Assembly: GCA_963729895.1 (NCBI GenBank)
Contig: CAVSQB010000019.1
Location: 1-64,000 of the forward strand
Reading direction: 5' to 3'
From: an uncultured Fibrobacterota bacterium
GTDB taxonomy: Bacteria > Fibrobacterota > Chitinivibrionia > Chitinivibrionales > FEN-1185
DNA length: 64,000 bases
Below, in pieces: positions 1 to 10,750 of the stretch. The position numbers were made by a program, and so were the translations under genes. Below the pieces are notes generated by a model. It was given only the letters and a program-made list of their open reading frames with translations, was not told the DNA's origin and did no database searches. Within the stretch, counting starts at the first letter, position 1; each line of letters opens with the position of its first letter.

Positions 1-179
1 TCCGGCGGTATCGAAGGGCGCCCCATCCGGCTGTACATCGCCTCAAAGTCACGAGAAAGGCGGCGCAGCGCTATGTCCGTAAACTGTTTGACACGACGAA
101 GCGGGTGCGTTGCCGGCACTCGGGAATCCGGAGAAACGAAGCTGAACATACCGCCTTGGGCTGGCTGGGAACCTCTCAT
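1..179 (-). CDS. IS5-family transposase, N-terminal fragment (runs off window)
   Basis: Manual translation from ATG 179 (RBS AAGGAG): MRGSQPAQGGMFSFVSPDSRVPATHPLRRVKQFTDIALRRLSRDFEAMYSRMGRPSIPP, the characteristic 'RVP..HPLR...GRPSIPPE' start. Not in the ORF track because there is no stop. Confidence 0.88.
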   Translation of the reverse strand, partial: MRGSQPAQGGMFSFVSPDSRVPATHPLRRVKQFTDIALRRLSRDFEAMYSRMGRPSIPP

Positions 180-254
180 CAATACTCCTTGGTTGGGGTT
201 CCCCTATAATATAAGGATAAATGTTTACAAAAGGGAGACTTTTTCAACACCCTG
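1..254 (-). mobile_element. IS5-family insertion sequence, left end (truncated by window edge)
   Basis: Minus-strand terminus CAGGGTGTTGAAAAAGTC begins at 254, flanked by CTAG (255-258), a typical target tetramer; transposase N-terminus lies inside. Confidence 0.8.
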
Positions 255-257
255 CTA

Positions 258-332
258 GGGTTCAGCCAACCGGCGTAATGTAGGGGCGCTTTCCATTGCG
301 CCCTTTTTGTTAACCGCCGGTTGTCTGAACCC
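258..332. repeat. Long REP-like inverted repeat beside the IS target site
   Basis: GGGTTCAGCCAACCGGCG (258-275) is complementary to 315-332 at 17/18 positions; inner GTAGGGGCGC...GCGCCC hairpin. Confidence 0.6.
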
Positions 333-823
333 ATACCCCCTCTGCGGGTGCACCCCAAGTGGAAGCTGTGGCAAGCGTCAACTCCCGTGCGGGGGCACCT
401 AGAGAGCGTAGTTGACAAGACAAAATATCTCTTAACAAATTTATCCCATAGGGCCCCGATTACTTTTTATCAGCCATTGCGCCGGGCTGCAAATATTCAA
501 CCGCGCCGTGGTGGAGCACAAATAGAATTCCCCACCCTGCCCCCATAAAACCGCAATTGTCAAGGCAACCTGAAGCGACTGCGGCACACTTCCTCTGCCA
601 GCGCGCCAGGTTGGATCGGAGGGTGTGCCGGAGCACAGTGCCGGCCGACCCGCCGTCCCTGCCGGGACGGGGCGCCCATTTCTTCTTCCCTATGGAAAAA
701 AGGAACAGCCAAATCTATCTTCCCCTTTTCCTTGAAAACCCGTCCGGGACCATATATTTTTCATAGTCTTTTTCGGACATCTCCATCACCAATCCAAAAA
801 TATCAATAAGTCGGGAGGCTTTC

Positions 824-3610
824 ATGGCTAAGTATGTTTATTTTTTCGGCGGCGGCAAAGCCGACGGCAACGAATCGATGAAGAATCTCCTGGGTGGCAA
901 GGGAGCAAACCTTGCTGAAATGGCAGGCCATCCGGCCCTCAAGCTGCCGGTTCCCCCCGGATTTACGATAACGACCGAAGTCTGCACCTGCTATTACGAC
1001 AACAAGAAGACCTATCCCAAAGAACTCAAAGTGCAGGTCAATAAGGCGCTTGCCCAAGTGGAAAAAATCATGGGCAAGAAATTCGGCGATCCCAACGACC
1101 CGCTGCTCATGTCCGTGCGCTCCGGCGCGCGCCGGTCCATGCCCGGCATGATGGACACGGTGCTCAACGTGGGCCTCAACGACGTTACCATCCAGGGGTT
1201 GATTGCCAAGACCAATAATCCCCGGTTTGCCTACGATGCCTACCGCAGGCTTGTGATGATGTACGCAGACGTTGTCATGGAAAAGGCGGCCGGCATCGAA
1301 CTCAAAGGCGGGAAAGGCATTCGCAAATTGATGGACGAGAGGCTCGATCAGGTCAAGAGGCAGAAGGGTTACCACATAGATACCGGCCTCACCGCAGACG
1401 ATCTCAAGGCGCTTGTGGCCGAATTCAAGCAGATGGTAAAAGATCATCTGGGCCAATCGTTTCCGGAAACGCCCCAGGAACAGTTGTGGGGCGGCATCGG
1501 TGCGGTCTTTATGAGCTGGAACGGGAAACGCGCGGTTGATTACCGCCGTATCGAGAAAATACCGGACGACTGGGGCACTGCGGTCAATGTGCAGAGCATG
1601 GTGTTCGGCAACATGGGCGAAGACTCGGCCACCGGCGTTGCCTTCACGCGCAACCCGGGCAACGGAGACAACCATTTCTACGGCGAGTATCTTATTAACG
1701 CACAGGGTGAAGACGTGGTGGCGGGCATTCGCACGCCGGCTCCCATCAACGTGCATTCGGCGAACGACCAGAGCAAGAACCTGCCCACGCTCGAAAGCGC
1801 TTTCCCGGAATGCTACAAACAACTGTTTGGGTTTCAGCGGGGACTCGAAAAACACTACAAAGACATGCAGGACATCGAGTTCACCATCGAAAAAGGCAAG
1901 CTCTATATGCTGCAGTGCCGCGTTGGAAAACGCAACGGGGTTGCCGCGGTGAAGATGGCTGTCGACATGTACAAAGAAAAATTGATCGACGCGGCCACCG
2001 CCGTCATGCGTGTCGGGCCCAACCAGCTTGTCGAGCTGCTGCTGCCCATGATCGATCCTAAGGCGGAAAGCGCCACCCAGTCCATCGCAAAGGGCCTTCC
2101 CGCCGGTCCCGGCGGCGCCAAAGGACGCGCCGTGTTCACGTCCAAAGACGCGGTGGCGTGGGCGGAGCGCGGTGAGAAGGTTATTCTTGTTCGTGAAGAA
2201 ACATCCCCTGAGGACGTCGACGGCATGCACAAGGCACAGGCGATTCTCACGGCCAAAGGCGGCATGACCTCGCACGCGGCGCTGGTTGCGCGCGGCTGGG
2301 GCAAGTGCTGCGTCGTCGGCTGCGCCGACATCGAGGTGGGCGACGACAACAAGTCGTTCAAGACCAAAAAGGGCACGGTGGTGCGCGAAGGAGACTGGGT
2401 TACGCTCAATGGAACCAAGGGCCTTGTGTACGAGGGCAGCCTTGCATTGGTGGATATCGACCTTGCCACCAACACCACCTTTAAAGACTTGATGGCTCTC
2501 GTCGACAAGACGCGCGTTCTCAAGGTGCGAACCAACGCCGACACGCCGAAGGATGCGAAAAAGGCGGTCGAGTTCGGCGCAGAAGGCATCGGCCTGTTCC
2601 GCACCGAGCACATGTTCTACGGCGAGGGTTCCGACAAGCCCCTTTTCCTGCTTCGCAAGATGATCATGAGCAAAACGCTCGACGAGCGCAAGGCCGCCCT
2701 GGCCGAGCTGTTCCCGTTCGTTAAGAACGACATCAAGGCGACCATGGAGGCGATGGGCGGCAGGCCGGTCACCATCCGTCTGCTCGACCCGCCGCTGCAC
2801 GAGTTCGTCCCGCACGCGGCCGATAAGCTTGAAGCGCTCGGACGCGAGCTGCACGTGGATGCCGCGGAGCTTCACAAACGCGCCGAAGGCCTGCGGGAAA
2901 ATAATCCCATGCTCGGCCACCGGGGCGTGCGTCTCGGCATCACCTATCCTGAGATTACCGAGATGCAGGTGCGCGCCATTCTCGAGGCCGCGGGCGAGCT
3001 CATCAAGGAAGGAAAACCGGCATATCCCGAAATCATGATCCCGGTCACGTGCGCGGTCGCTGAAATCAACGACCAGAAGGTCATTGTCGACCGCGTGTAC
3101 CCGGAAGTGTGCGCGAAGGTTGGGATCAAGAAGATCCCGTTCATGTACGGCACCATGATCGAAATCCCGCGCGCTGCGCTCACCGCGAACAAGATGGCGC
3201 AGACCGCGGAGTTCTTCTCGTTCGGGACAAACGACCTCACGCAGATGGGCTTCGGATTTTCCCGTGACGATATCGGCAGCTTCCTGCCCGATTACCTCAA
3301 CAAGAAGACCCTGCCTGCCGATCCGTTCCAGACGATCGATCAGGAGGGCATCGGCGAGCTTATCAAAATCGGCATCGAGCGCGGCCGTTCGGTGCGGGCT
3401 AATCTGAAGGTCGGCATCTGCGGCGAACACGGCGGCGATGCCGATTCCGTCAAGTTTTGCCATCGCGTGGGCATGAACTATGTTTCTTGTTCGCCCTTTC
3501 GGGTGCCTATTGCGCGCCTTGCCGCGGCCCAGGCTGCGGTGGAAGACAAGAAACCTGCCGCGAAAAAGGCAGCAACGGCGCAGAAACGCGTTGCAAAGAA
3601 GAGAAAGTAA
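824..3610 (+). CDS. ppdK: Pyruvate, phosphate dikinase
   Basis: 928 aa; LLGGKGANLAEM, SVRSGA..SMPGMMDT, phospho-His motif GGMTSHAA, FFSFGTNDLTQ, GICGEHGG; RBS GGAGG. Confidence 0.98.
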   Translation: MAKYVYFFGGGKADGNESMKNLLGGKGANLAEMAGHPALKLPVPPGFTITTEVCTCYYDNKKTYPKELKVQVNKALAQVEKIMGKKFGDPNDPLLMSVRSGARRSMPGMMDTVLNVGLNDVTIQGLIAKTNNPRFAYDAYRRLVMMYADVVMEKAAGIELKGGKGIRKLMDERLDQVKRQKGYHIDTGLTADDLKALVAEFKQMVKDHLGQSFPETPQEQLWGGIGAVFMSWNGKRAVDYRRIEKIPDDWGTAVNVQSMVFGNMGEDSATGVAFTRNPGNGDNHFYGEYLINAQGEDVVAGIRTPAPINVHSANDQSKNLPTLESAFPECYKQLFGFQRGLEKHYKDMQDIEFTIEKGKLYMLQCRVGKRNGVAAVKMAVDMYKEKLIDAATAVMRVGPNQLVELLLPMIDPKAESATQSIAKGLPAGPGGAKGRAVFTSKDAVAWAERGEKVILVREETSPEDVDGMHKAQAILTAKGGMTSHAALVARGWGKCCVVGCADIEVGDDNKSFKTKKGTVVREGDWVTLNGTKGLVYEGSLALVDIDLATNTTFKDLMALVDKTRVLKVRTNADTPKDAKKAVEFGAEGIGLFRTEHMFYGEGSDKPLFLLRKMIMSKTLDERKAALAELFPFVKNDIKATMEAMGGRPVTIRLLDPPLHEFVPHAADKLEALGRELHVDAAELHKRAEGLRENNPMLGHRGVRLGITYPEITEMQVRAILEAAGELIKEGKPAYPEIMIPVTCAVAEINDQKVIVDRVYPEVCAKVGIKKIPFMYGTMIEIPRAALTANKMAQTAEFFSFGTNDLTQMGFGFSRDDIGSFLPDYLNKKTLPADPFQTIDQEGIGELIKIGIERGRSVRANLKVGICGEHGGDADSVKFCHRVGMNYVSCSPFRVPIARLAAAQAAVEDKKPAAKKAATAQKRVAKKRK

Positions 3611-3648
3611 GCACTACGCTGTTGGAAAGATTCAGGTTCTTCCTTATG

Positions 3649-3689
3649 AAACGGGCAAGATCGGTCGATCTTGCCCGTTTATTTTTGTT
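3649..3689 (+). terminator. Intrinsic terminator after ppdK
   Basis: AAACGGGCAAGATCG-GT-CGATCTTGCCCGTTT followed by ATTTTTGTT. Confidence 0.75.
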
Positions 3690-3744
3690 CGAGAACTCTC
3701 GAATAACCGTTCTTCACAATTATCAATAGAAAGAGGTTGCGTTA

Positions 3745-4506
3745 GTGAAAAAATCATTATTGTCTTCTATCCTGAGCGTCGCGGTTTTTCTGGCCCTGGC
3801 CGGGTGTTCGTCAAAAGACAAGGTCACCCGGCTTTCCACACAGGACCAGAAGGTGAGCTACATGTTCGGCCTCAACATGGGCGGCTACCTTAAGAAACTG
3901 GGGATCAACGTCGACAAGGCCGCCTTGCTTCAGGCGATCAACGACACCTTGTCCGGCGCGAAGTTGCTTCTCACGCCGCAAGAGGTTGCGGCCGTCCAGC
4001 AGGAATTCAGCCAGAAGATGCAGGAACAGCAAATGGCAAAGACAAAGGCGGCCTCGGAAAAGAACGGAAAGGAAGGCGAGGAATTCCTGAAGAAGAATAA
4101 AGGCGAGAAAGGCGTTGTCACCACCCCTTCGGGCCTTCAGTACCAGATTCTCACCCAGGGGTCGGGACCAAAGCCCAAGGCCACCGACATGGTAACCGTG
4201 AATTACCGGGGCACGTTAATTGACGGAAAAGAATTTGACAACTCCTACAGCCGAGGCCAGCCTGCAACGTTTCCGGTCAACGGCGTCATTCCAGGATGGA
4301 CCGAAGGGTTGCAGCTTATGAATGTTGGAACCAAGGCTAAGCTTTTCGTTCCGGCGAACCTCGGTTACGGTGATCGTGGTGCCGGGCAGGAAATCGGCCC
4401 CAACCAGACGCTTGTCTTTGAGGTTGAACTTCTCTCCATCGGGCCGAACAAGACTGCTGCGCCTGCGGCGGCTGCGGTTGCTCCGGCCGCCAAGCCGAAA
4501 AAGTAG
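3745..4506 (+). CDS. FKBP-type peptidyl-prolyl cis-trans isomerase (FkpA/Mip-like lipoprotein)
   Basis: Lipobox LAGC; FKBP_N helices; SGLQY, VNYRGTLIDGKEFD, VIPGWTEGL, LVFEVELL. Confidence 0.95.
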   Translation: MKKSLLSSILSVAVFLALAGCSSKDKVTRLSTQDQKVSYMFGLNMGGYLKKLGINVDKAALLQAINDTLSGAKLLLTPQEVAAVQQEFSQKMQEQQMAKTKAASEKNGKEGEEFLKKNKGEKGVVTTPSGLQYQILTQGSGPKPKATDMVTVNYRGTLIDGKEFDNSYSRGQPATFPVNGVIPGWTEGLQLMNVGTKAKLFVPANLGYGDRGAGQEIGPNQTLVFEVELLSIGPNKTAAPAAAAVAPAAKPKK

Positions 4507-4529
4507 GGAAATAAGTTCTCGAGTACTGA

Positions 4530-4559
4530 AAGCGGCACGCAGGGAATCGCGTGCCGCTT
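4530..4559 (+). terminator. Hairpin, probable terminator after the FKBP gene
   Basis: AAGCGGCACGC / GCGTGCCGCTT 11-bp stem with a weak U tract. Confidence 0.5.
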
Positions 4560-4634
4560 GTACTTTCGCCGTGACGATTCCCCGTCCACCTCAAGTATAT
4601 TTCTTAGAACAATTCTATCGGGGAATTCGCAGCG

Positions 4635-5343
4635 ATGCTCACCGTAGACTTCCACTGCCACACGCTCTTCAGCAAATGCGGAGGCAAGGGCCCGCAAACT
4701 CTCGGCGCTCGCCATCACCGACCATGGACCGCTCCTCAAAGGCGGTCCGCCCACGACGTTTTTCGACAGGTTGTTTGATCCCGTTGACGGCATACGGTTA
4801 CTCAAAGGGATGGAATGCAATATCGTCGACGATGCCGGGGCAATCGATTTCCCCCTGAAAATGCTGCAATACGCCGACATCGTCCTCCTCGGGCTTCACC
4901 CGCATCTTCCTTTGGGGAAGACCGCAGGTCACAACGCTGCGCTCCTGATCCGCGCTCTTGCAAAAAACCCGTTTGTGGATATCGTGACTCATCCGGAAGA
5001 CGTGCAGTATCCCGTTGATTTCGATATGCTCGCCGATTACGCGAAGGAGAACGGCATCGCGGTGGAGTGCAACAATTCCAAGGTGCTCAATAACCGCGTT
5101 TCGCCGGAACGTATGATCGAGCTTCTTGACGCATGCAAGAAGGCCGGGTGCAGGATAGCCGTCGATTCCGACGCGCACGCGCTGGGGGAAGTGGGACTCG
5201 ACAGTTCTGTGCGGCCGCTGCTGGAGCGCGCGGGCGTTCCATCACGGCTGATTGTCAATGAAACGGCGGAAAGCGCGCTTGCATTTGTGGAAGAGCGAAG
5301 AATAGTGAAACAGGATTTTGTGAGGTCAAAGCAGGCGGTATGA
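4635..5343 (+). pseudogene. PHP-domain phosphatase (YcdX-like), frameshifted near 4678
   Basis: ATG 4635 gives MLTVDFHCHTLFSKCG (DxHxH); AEARARKLSALAITDHGP...KGMECNI...THP...DSDAH continues in another frame to 5343. Confidence 0.85.
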
Positions 5344-5865
5344 AGCCTCTCTGGTGTGCATTGCGCCGGCCGGCGTGAGCACGCTCGAATACAAATAGAA
5401 CTCGTCGATCGGTATGCCTTCAGCCTTGAACAGGTTGTTGGCCGAGAGAAAACCGGTTATCTTGGCAAGCGGCGCCTCGGGTCTGAGTCTTGCAAGCGTC
5501 AAATGAGGGTGAAACTTCCTCTGTTCCGGCTCCAGCCCCAATTCTTCCAGAAGGCGTTCGATTTCATCTCGCAGAAGAGCCAACTCTTCGGACGGCTCCA
5601 CGCCGACCCACAGCACATTTGGTTTTCGCCGCGGTGGGAAATAGCCCACGCCCTTGAGCGTCACCGGGAACCGGGAGGCATTTACATCGTGCATGGACTC
5701 GGCAATCTCATCAAGCAGGTGATCGTCCGCGTCGCCGATGAACCTGAGGGTGAGGTGCAATTGGTCCTTTGACACCCATTTCGCGGCAGGCACGCCGAAA
5801 CAGATGTTTGCAAGAGCGTCCTTTATTTCGTCGGGAAAGTCGATCGCGATAAAGAGTCGGTGCAT
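5326..5865 (-). CDS. thpR: RNA 2',3'-cyclic phosphodiesterase (2H family)
   Basis: RLFIAI start; two HxT motifs (HLTLRFIG, PHLTLAR). Confidence 0.93.
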   Translation of the reverse strand: MHRLFIAIDFPDEIKDALANICFGVPAAKWVSKDQLHLTLRFIGDADDHLLDEIAESMHDVNASRFPVTLKGVGYFPPRRKPNVLWVGVEPSEELALLRDEIERLLEELGLEPEQRKFHPHLTLARLRPEAPLAKITGFLSANNLFKAEGIPIDEFYLYSSVLTPAGAMHTREASYRLL

Positions 5866-6063
5866 AGGAATTCGATTCGCAGAATCGGAGGTACCGCAAA
5901 AAAATAGTTAATTCCCGCGGCGGCTGCATTGCGGACCCGGTGCGTTCCTTTGTGCCGCCTTTGTCCCGCGGTTTCCTTGGCATGCGTTATGCTGCTTGAC
6001 TTTTATGGGCTCCGTACTATTTTATTTGTCATACAGACCGCGCACTTCAGAAAGGAACCCTTC

Positions 6064-7602
6064 ATGATCCCCGTGCTTACCGTGGCGCAAATGCGCAAAA
6101 TTGACGAAATGGCAATCGGCGGTAATTCCGCGGTCGGTTATTCCTACATGATGGAAGCCGGCGTCGGCCTCTTCGACGCGGCGCGGCAACTTGTGCCCAC
6201 GCCGCGCAGCGGCGATATCGTGATCATCTGCGGCAAAGGGAACAACGGCGGCGACGGGTTTACCGCGGGACGGCTGCTGCTTGAGGCGGGGTACAAGGTC
6301 ATGTGCTATGGACTGTGTCAACCTGACGACCTCCAAGGAGAGGCGAAGCTCGCCTACGATTCCTATATCGGCCGCGAGGGCAATTTCCTGGTGCTCGACG
6401 ACGTTGCCGACCTGGGCACCATGCGCAAGAGCAGCCTCATCGTGGACGCTGTGCTTGGCACCGGCATCAAGGGAGATCCGCGCGGACTTTCCGCAGAGGT
6501 GATCGACGCCATCAACGCTTCGAACGTGCCGGTGCTTGCGGTGGACACGCCGTCGGGCCTGGACAACGACCGGGGCGTTGCGGGCAAGTCCTGCGTCAAG
6601 GCGGCGGTCACGGTTACCATGGGGTTTCCCAAGATCGGCTGCTATTTCTTCCCGGGCAGGTTGAATGTTGGAACGCTTCGCGTAAAGGACCTTGGCTACC
6701 CTGAACGAATTGTCGAAAAATACGGGTCGAACATCTTCCTGCCGGCGACCCAGGATTTGAGGAAAATGCTTCCTGCCCGTAAACCGGCAGGTTCCAAGTT
6801 CGATCACGGCGCTGTCCTCATGGTGGCCGGGTCGGCCGGAATGACCGGTTCTGCGACGCTCGCGTCGGTGTCCGGCCTGTGCTCCGGCTGCGGACTGGTG
6901 TATCTCGCGTCGCCGGAAAGCGTGGTGCCGGTGCTTGCCGCAAAGCTCACCGAAGTCGTGCTTGTTCCCATAGACGGGACCGCCGCCGGCGCGCCGGCGC
7001 TTTCCGCTTCGGAAAAGCTGCTCGAGAAAATGAAAACCGTCCAGGCGCTCTGTATAGGGCCTGGCATTTCCCATGGCGACGAGACCGCACGGCTTGTTTG
7101 CCGCCTTGTATCGAAAAGCACGGTTCCCGTGGTGCTTGACGCCGACGGCATCAACGCATTCAAGGGGAAGAGCGAACAGCTCAAGGACCGCACAGCGCCG
7201 CTTCTTATAACCCCGCATGCGGGTGAGTGGGCAAGGCTGTTCGGTCCCATGCCCGCAAGCCCTGCCGGGACCATTGACGAGCTCAAGAAGAGGGCGCAAG
7301 ACTTTTCGATGACGATCCTTTACAAAGGGAACCCCACCATCATAGCCGATCCGTCCGGCAGGGCCTATCTGTCGCCCTACGGAAATTCGGGGATGGCCAC
7401 CGCCGGTTGCGGCGATATCTTAAGCGGCATTGTTTCCTCGCTTGTCGCGCAGGGGTGCACGGTGACTGAGGCCGCGGTGCTCGGCGCATATATTCATGCA
7501 AAGGCGGGGGACGAGGCGGCGAAAGAACTGGGCGAATATTCGATGATGGCAGGGGACGTGAGGAGAAATATTTACAAGGCGATACGGGGGATTACCGGAT
7601 AA
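6064..7602 (+). CDS. nnr: Bifunctional NAD(P)H-hydrate epimerase/dehydratase (YjeF)
   Basis: CGKGNNGGDG, DAVLGTG, AVDTPSG, VLDADG, ITPHAGE, MATAGCGDILSG; start taken at ATG 6064. Confidence 0.95.
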   Translation: MIPVLTVAQMRKIDEMAIGGNSAVGYSYMMEAGVGLFDAARQLVPTPRSGDIVIICGKGNNGGDGFTAGRLLLEAGYKVMCYGLCQPDDLQGEAKLAYDSYIGREGNFLVLDDVADLGTMRKSSLIVDAVLGTGIKGDPRGLSAEVIDAINASNVPVLAVDTPSGLDNDRGVAGKSCVKAAVTVTMGFPKIGCYFFPGRLNVGTLRVKDLGYPERIVEKYGSNIFLPATQDLRKMLPARKPAGSKFDHGAVLMVAGSAGMTGSATLASVSGLCSGCGLVYLASPESVVPVLAAKLTEVVLVPIDGTAAGAPALSASEKLLEKMKTVQALCIGPGISHGDETARLVCRLVSKSTVPVVLDADGINAFKGKSEQLKDRTAPLLITPHAGEWARLFGPMPASPAGTIDELKKRAQDFSMTILYKGNPTIIADPSGRAYLSPYGNSGMATAGCGDILSGIVSSLVAQGCTVTEAAVLGAYIHAKAGDEAAKELGEYSMMAGDVRRNIYKAIRGITG

Positions 7603-8762
7603 GAAGAGCGAGGACGCCGTGGCGGGCTTGCGCCTGTTATCACCCGTAAAGCGAAGGAACCGGCATGTTCGACAGCGGCGCGAACCGTTAATGCTTCGGC
7701 AGGCTCTGCGTGAACGGCCTCAGTTTGTCTTTCAACCGTAACACTCTGCATCTGTCGCCGTCCGAAACTTCTTACGGGATGAAACGGCGGCCAAAAGCTC
7801 CCTCACCTTCCCGAAAACCCCTTGGCCCGTATCGGAGGATTGAATTTCCTGTCCCAAGGCCTGTGCTTATTGACGTGAGGATATTTCTTGTTGGCAAGAA
7901 CCCTTGCCTTCGCCAGGGTCCCGTTCAATTGGGGCTTGAGCAACCGGCATTGGGTTATGAAACCGTTCAGAGAGGATTTTTGATAATTCTCCACGGTAAA
8001 AACGTAGCTCGCCGATTGCTCGATGTAAATGTTGTCGACTGTGTCGTTGATAAAAGCGTAGGTTGGCGAGTCGACGGCCGCGGGTAACAGGATGTTCCTT
8101 TTCTTATTGACAAGATTCGCGTAATTGGTGAAAAAGGCGCTGCTGGCCGAAGAATCCTGCCAGTAGGTGTACCAGATCATGCGTAACGAATCCACCTGCA
8201 GATCCCTGAAAACCATCACGTGGTCGGCCATGATGCCGTCGCAGATGCTTGCATAGGAATCAAAATCCCATTCTCTGAACATCACGTCAGCCAAAAGTTC
8301 GCCGAGCTCGTCGTCATCCTCGACGGCATAGTTTGATCCCACCACGGCATTTTCCAGACTTTGGGTATTTAGAAAATATTCGTTGCTGGCGGAATATTCC
8401 GAAGGGTGAAGTATTTCCAGCATCCGCAAAGGCAGCGCCGGGAAAATCGTGTTGTCGATTATCGACCAGTTCATCCCCGCAATGGCATTTATGAATTTTG
8501 GACCATAGGAATAGTATTCCCAGAGAAACGGCATGTTGGCAAAGAGCGGCTCACCGGCCTGATGCATCGAATCCAACAGGGCGTCGGCCCAAATCTGATC
8601 GTAGTTCAGCTGATTGACAATCGGCGTTGGCGATGAAGGGTAGGCGCCAACCTCAAGTTTGTATGCATAATAATTCTCCAGGAGTTCGGCTTCGCCTTCG
8701 ATCACATATTTCGTGGCAAAAAATTGGTCCGATGGGGTGTTCGGGTCGCTTAAGGTGCTTAT

Positions 8763-10056
8763 GGGGACCTCTAAAAATTCTGTAAAATAGTAGATTCCAA
8801 GATCATGTTGACAGATAGTATTATTTCGCGATGTCAGGGCGTCTATTTGTCTGATAGGTGCCCAAAACTGTTCTTTTTTCGGTCCCTTTGGGGGCCTTGT
8901 GCGGTCCTGTCCCGCTTTTCAGGCGTGGCACTCAAGATATGCAAAGCGTTTTATGTTGTAAACCAGGTTCAGGAGTCCTATCTTCGCCGCGGCCCTCAGC
9001 CGCCCGATACACCTGATCCTGCCACGAAACATGATTTCTATTTGAGCAAACACATGTTCTATACGCGATCTGACTTTGGATTTCTTCCGGTTCTGTGCCA
9101 ATTGTGCTTCCGTCAATGGTGCGCCACGAGTCCCTTTGACACATATTTTGCTTCTGTACCAGAGATAATCAAGCCTTTGTTCCGCCTTTTCCGAATGATA
9201 CGCGCTGTCGGCAAACACGTCCGCGTTCGTGTTCTCAGGATTAAGGAGAGGTTCAAGCATATTGGAGTCGTGCACTTCTGCGGATGTCGCCGCATAGTCT
9301 CGAATGATTTTATGCTTCGCGTCTACCGACGCATGGTTCTTGTAGCCAAAAAACGTCTGATCGTTCTTCTTCGTCCATCGCGCATCAACATCTTTCTGAC
9401 GAAGTTTCTCAGGGTGCTTTTCCCATTCCTGCGGCGTGCCCCCGTTCTTGATTTCTTTATTCTCCTCCCGCGTGTTTCTCTGGCGAGGTACCTCGACAAA
9501 ACTCGCATCTATTATTTGGCCTTTCTGGGCAGTGTAACCCGCTTCGTTCAACTGACGACCGAACAGGTCAAACAGCTTCTTGACAACGCCTGCTTGTGTC
9601 AGCGTTTCCCGAAACAACCAGACCGTTTTCTCGTCGGGAATGCTATCCTCGGAAGTGAGTTCAAGAAACCGTTTGAACGTCAATCGGTCCAGAATCTGAA
9701 ACTGGGTTTGCGCATCGGAAAGCCCATACATCGTCTGCAACACGAGAATCTTGAACATCAGGATATAATCGTACGGTGGACGACCGGCGTTGCTCTTCCG
9801 TTCCTTGCGAAAAGCCTTGTCAATAACAGGACGAAAACTCTTCCAACGTATGGCCCGATTGATGGTTTCAAGAGGGTCTCCCATTTCGGAAAGCTCGGAA
9901 AGGCGATTCTCAAGGTCAAAAAGGCCTATCTGTCCCATCGCAATATCCTCCAGACGGTAGTGGGTTCGCAGGTTTGTTGTCTGGAATTAAAATAATTGAC
10001 GAAATAGCCTTTGTCAAGCATTAATTGGGCAAATTAGGCAATTTTTAGAGGTCCCC
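8763..10056 (-). mobile_element. Complete IS5-family element (1294 bp)
   Basis: Perfect 17-bp terminal IRs GGGGACCTCTAAAAATT (8763-8779, 10040-10056); 4-bp target duplication TTAT (8759-8762, 10057-10060). Confidence 0.97.
8919..9938 (-). CDS. IS5-family DDE transposase
   Basis: 339 aa; GRPPYD, IIDASFV, DVDARWTKK, FGYKNH, ADSAY, RSRIEHVF. Confidence 0.96.
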   Translation of the reverse strand: MGQIGLFDLENRLSELSEMGDPLETINRAIRWKSFRPVIDKAFRKERKSNAGRPPYDYILMFKILVLQTMYGLSDAQTQFQILDRLTFKRFLELTSEDSIPDEKTVWLFRETLTQAGVVKKLFDLFGRQLNEAGYTAQKGQIIDASFVEVPRQRNTREENKEIKNGGTPQEWEKHPEKLRQKDVDARWTKKNDQTFFGYKNHASVDAKHKIIRDYAATSAEVHDSNMLEPLLNPENTNADVFADSAYHSEKAEQRLDYLWYRSKICVKGTRGAPLTEAQLAQNRKKSKVRSRIEHVFAQIEIMFRGRIRCIGRLRAAAKIGLLNLVYNIKRFAYLECHA

Positions 10057-10750
10057 TTATGTTGGTTAAATCAAAATATTGATCTTGCAGGGCATGAACG
10101 AATTCATGGAATATGGTGACCGAATCGTCAAAGGTCAATCCGGTGGCCGTATCGTTGAGAATTATGTAGAGCGAATCGGTCCCCGGCACGTAAAAACCCT
10201 CGGTTTCAGTTGACATGGTAGAATCATAGCTGGCGAAATAATCGGCGGTCGGCCGCAGCAGCCCTTCGATTCGAAATATCCGGTCCCAGAGAATTTTCTG
10301 GCTTTGAGTTGTATTGTTGGTCTGATTGCCTACTATGGCAGCATATTGGGATTGAGAAAAAACGCTGACAAAAACCGGCCGCGTGAAGGGTTTCCCCCTA
10401 AAGTTTTGCACTTCCAGCCGAATGGACTCCGCCGCGCTTATGACCTTCTGTTTCAGGGCCGCGGAGGGGATGTGCTGCGATGGACCGGTAATCTTTTAGT
10501 ACCACATTCAAGAAACAATGACAGAGCCAGAACGACTGAAATCTTGCCCAGCGAGCAGAAAAAGACCTTTTTCATTGCAGCTCCTTACGGTGATGCTTAT
10601 GTCCTGTTGGAATATGACGCGTGTATTTATGATACATTAAATCGTTGATCTTTTCCAGGGGCTCAACAAATCGGGCCGCACAGCCTATTCATGCAAAACC
10701 AATTTAGAAAGGACCAGCCAGCGTTGTCCCAGAACAGGATGACAATAGTC

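Larger units (their letters stand above)
7803..10575 (-). pseudogene. Zinc metallopeptidase-like lipoprotein interrupted by IS5, plus a 1-nt frameshift
   Basis: ATG 10575 with RBS AAGGAG and a signal ending LFLEC; frameshift at the A4 run 10494-10497; removing the IS and one TTAT copy joins HEFVHALQDQYFDLTNI to STLSDPNTPSDQFFATKYVIEGEAELL in frame (HExxH...EGxA). Confidence 0.85.

Noticed and set aside
803..3463. 886-aa minus-strand ORF
   Set aside because: Antisense shadow of ppdK caused by codon bias; no motifs.
8805..9995. 396-aa ORF antisense to the IS5 transposase
   Set aside because: No recognisable motifs; treated as a shadow, though overlapping ORFs in IS elements cannot be fully excluded.
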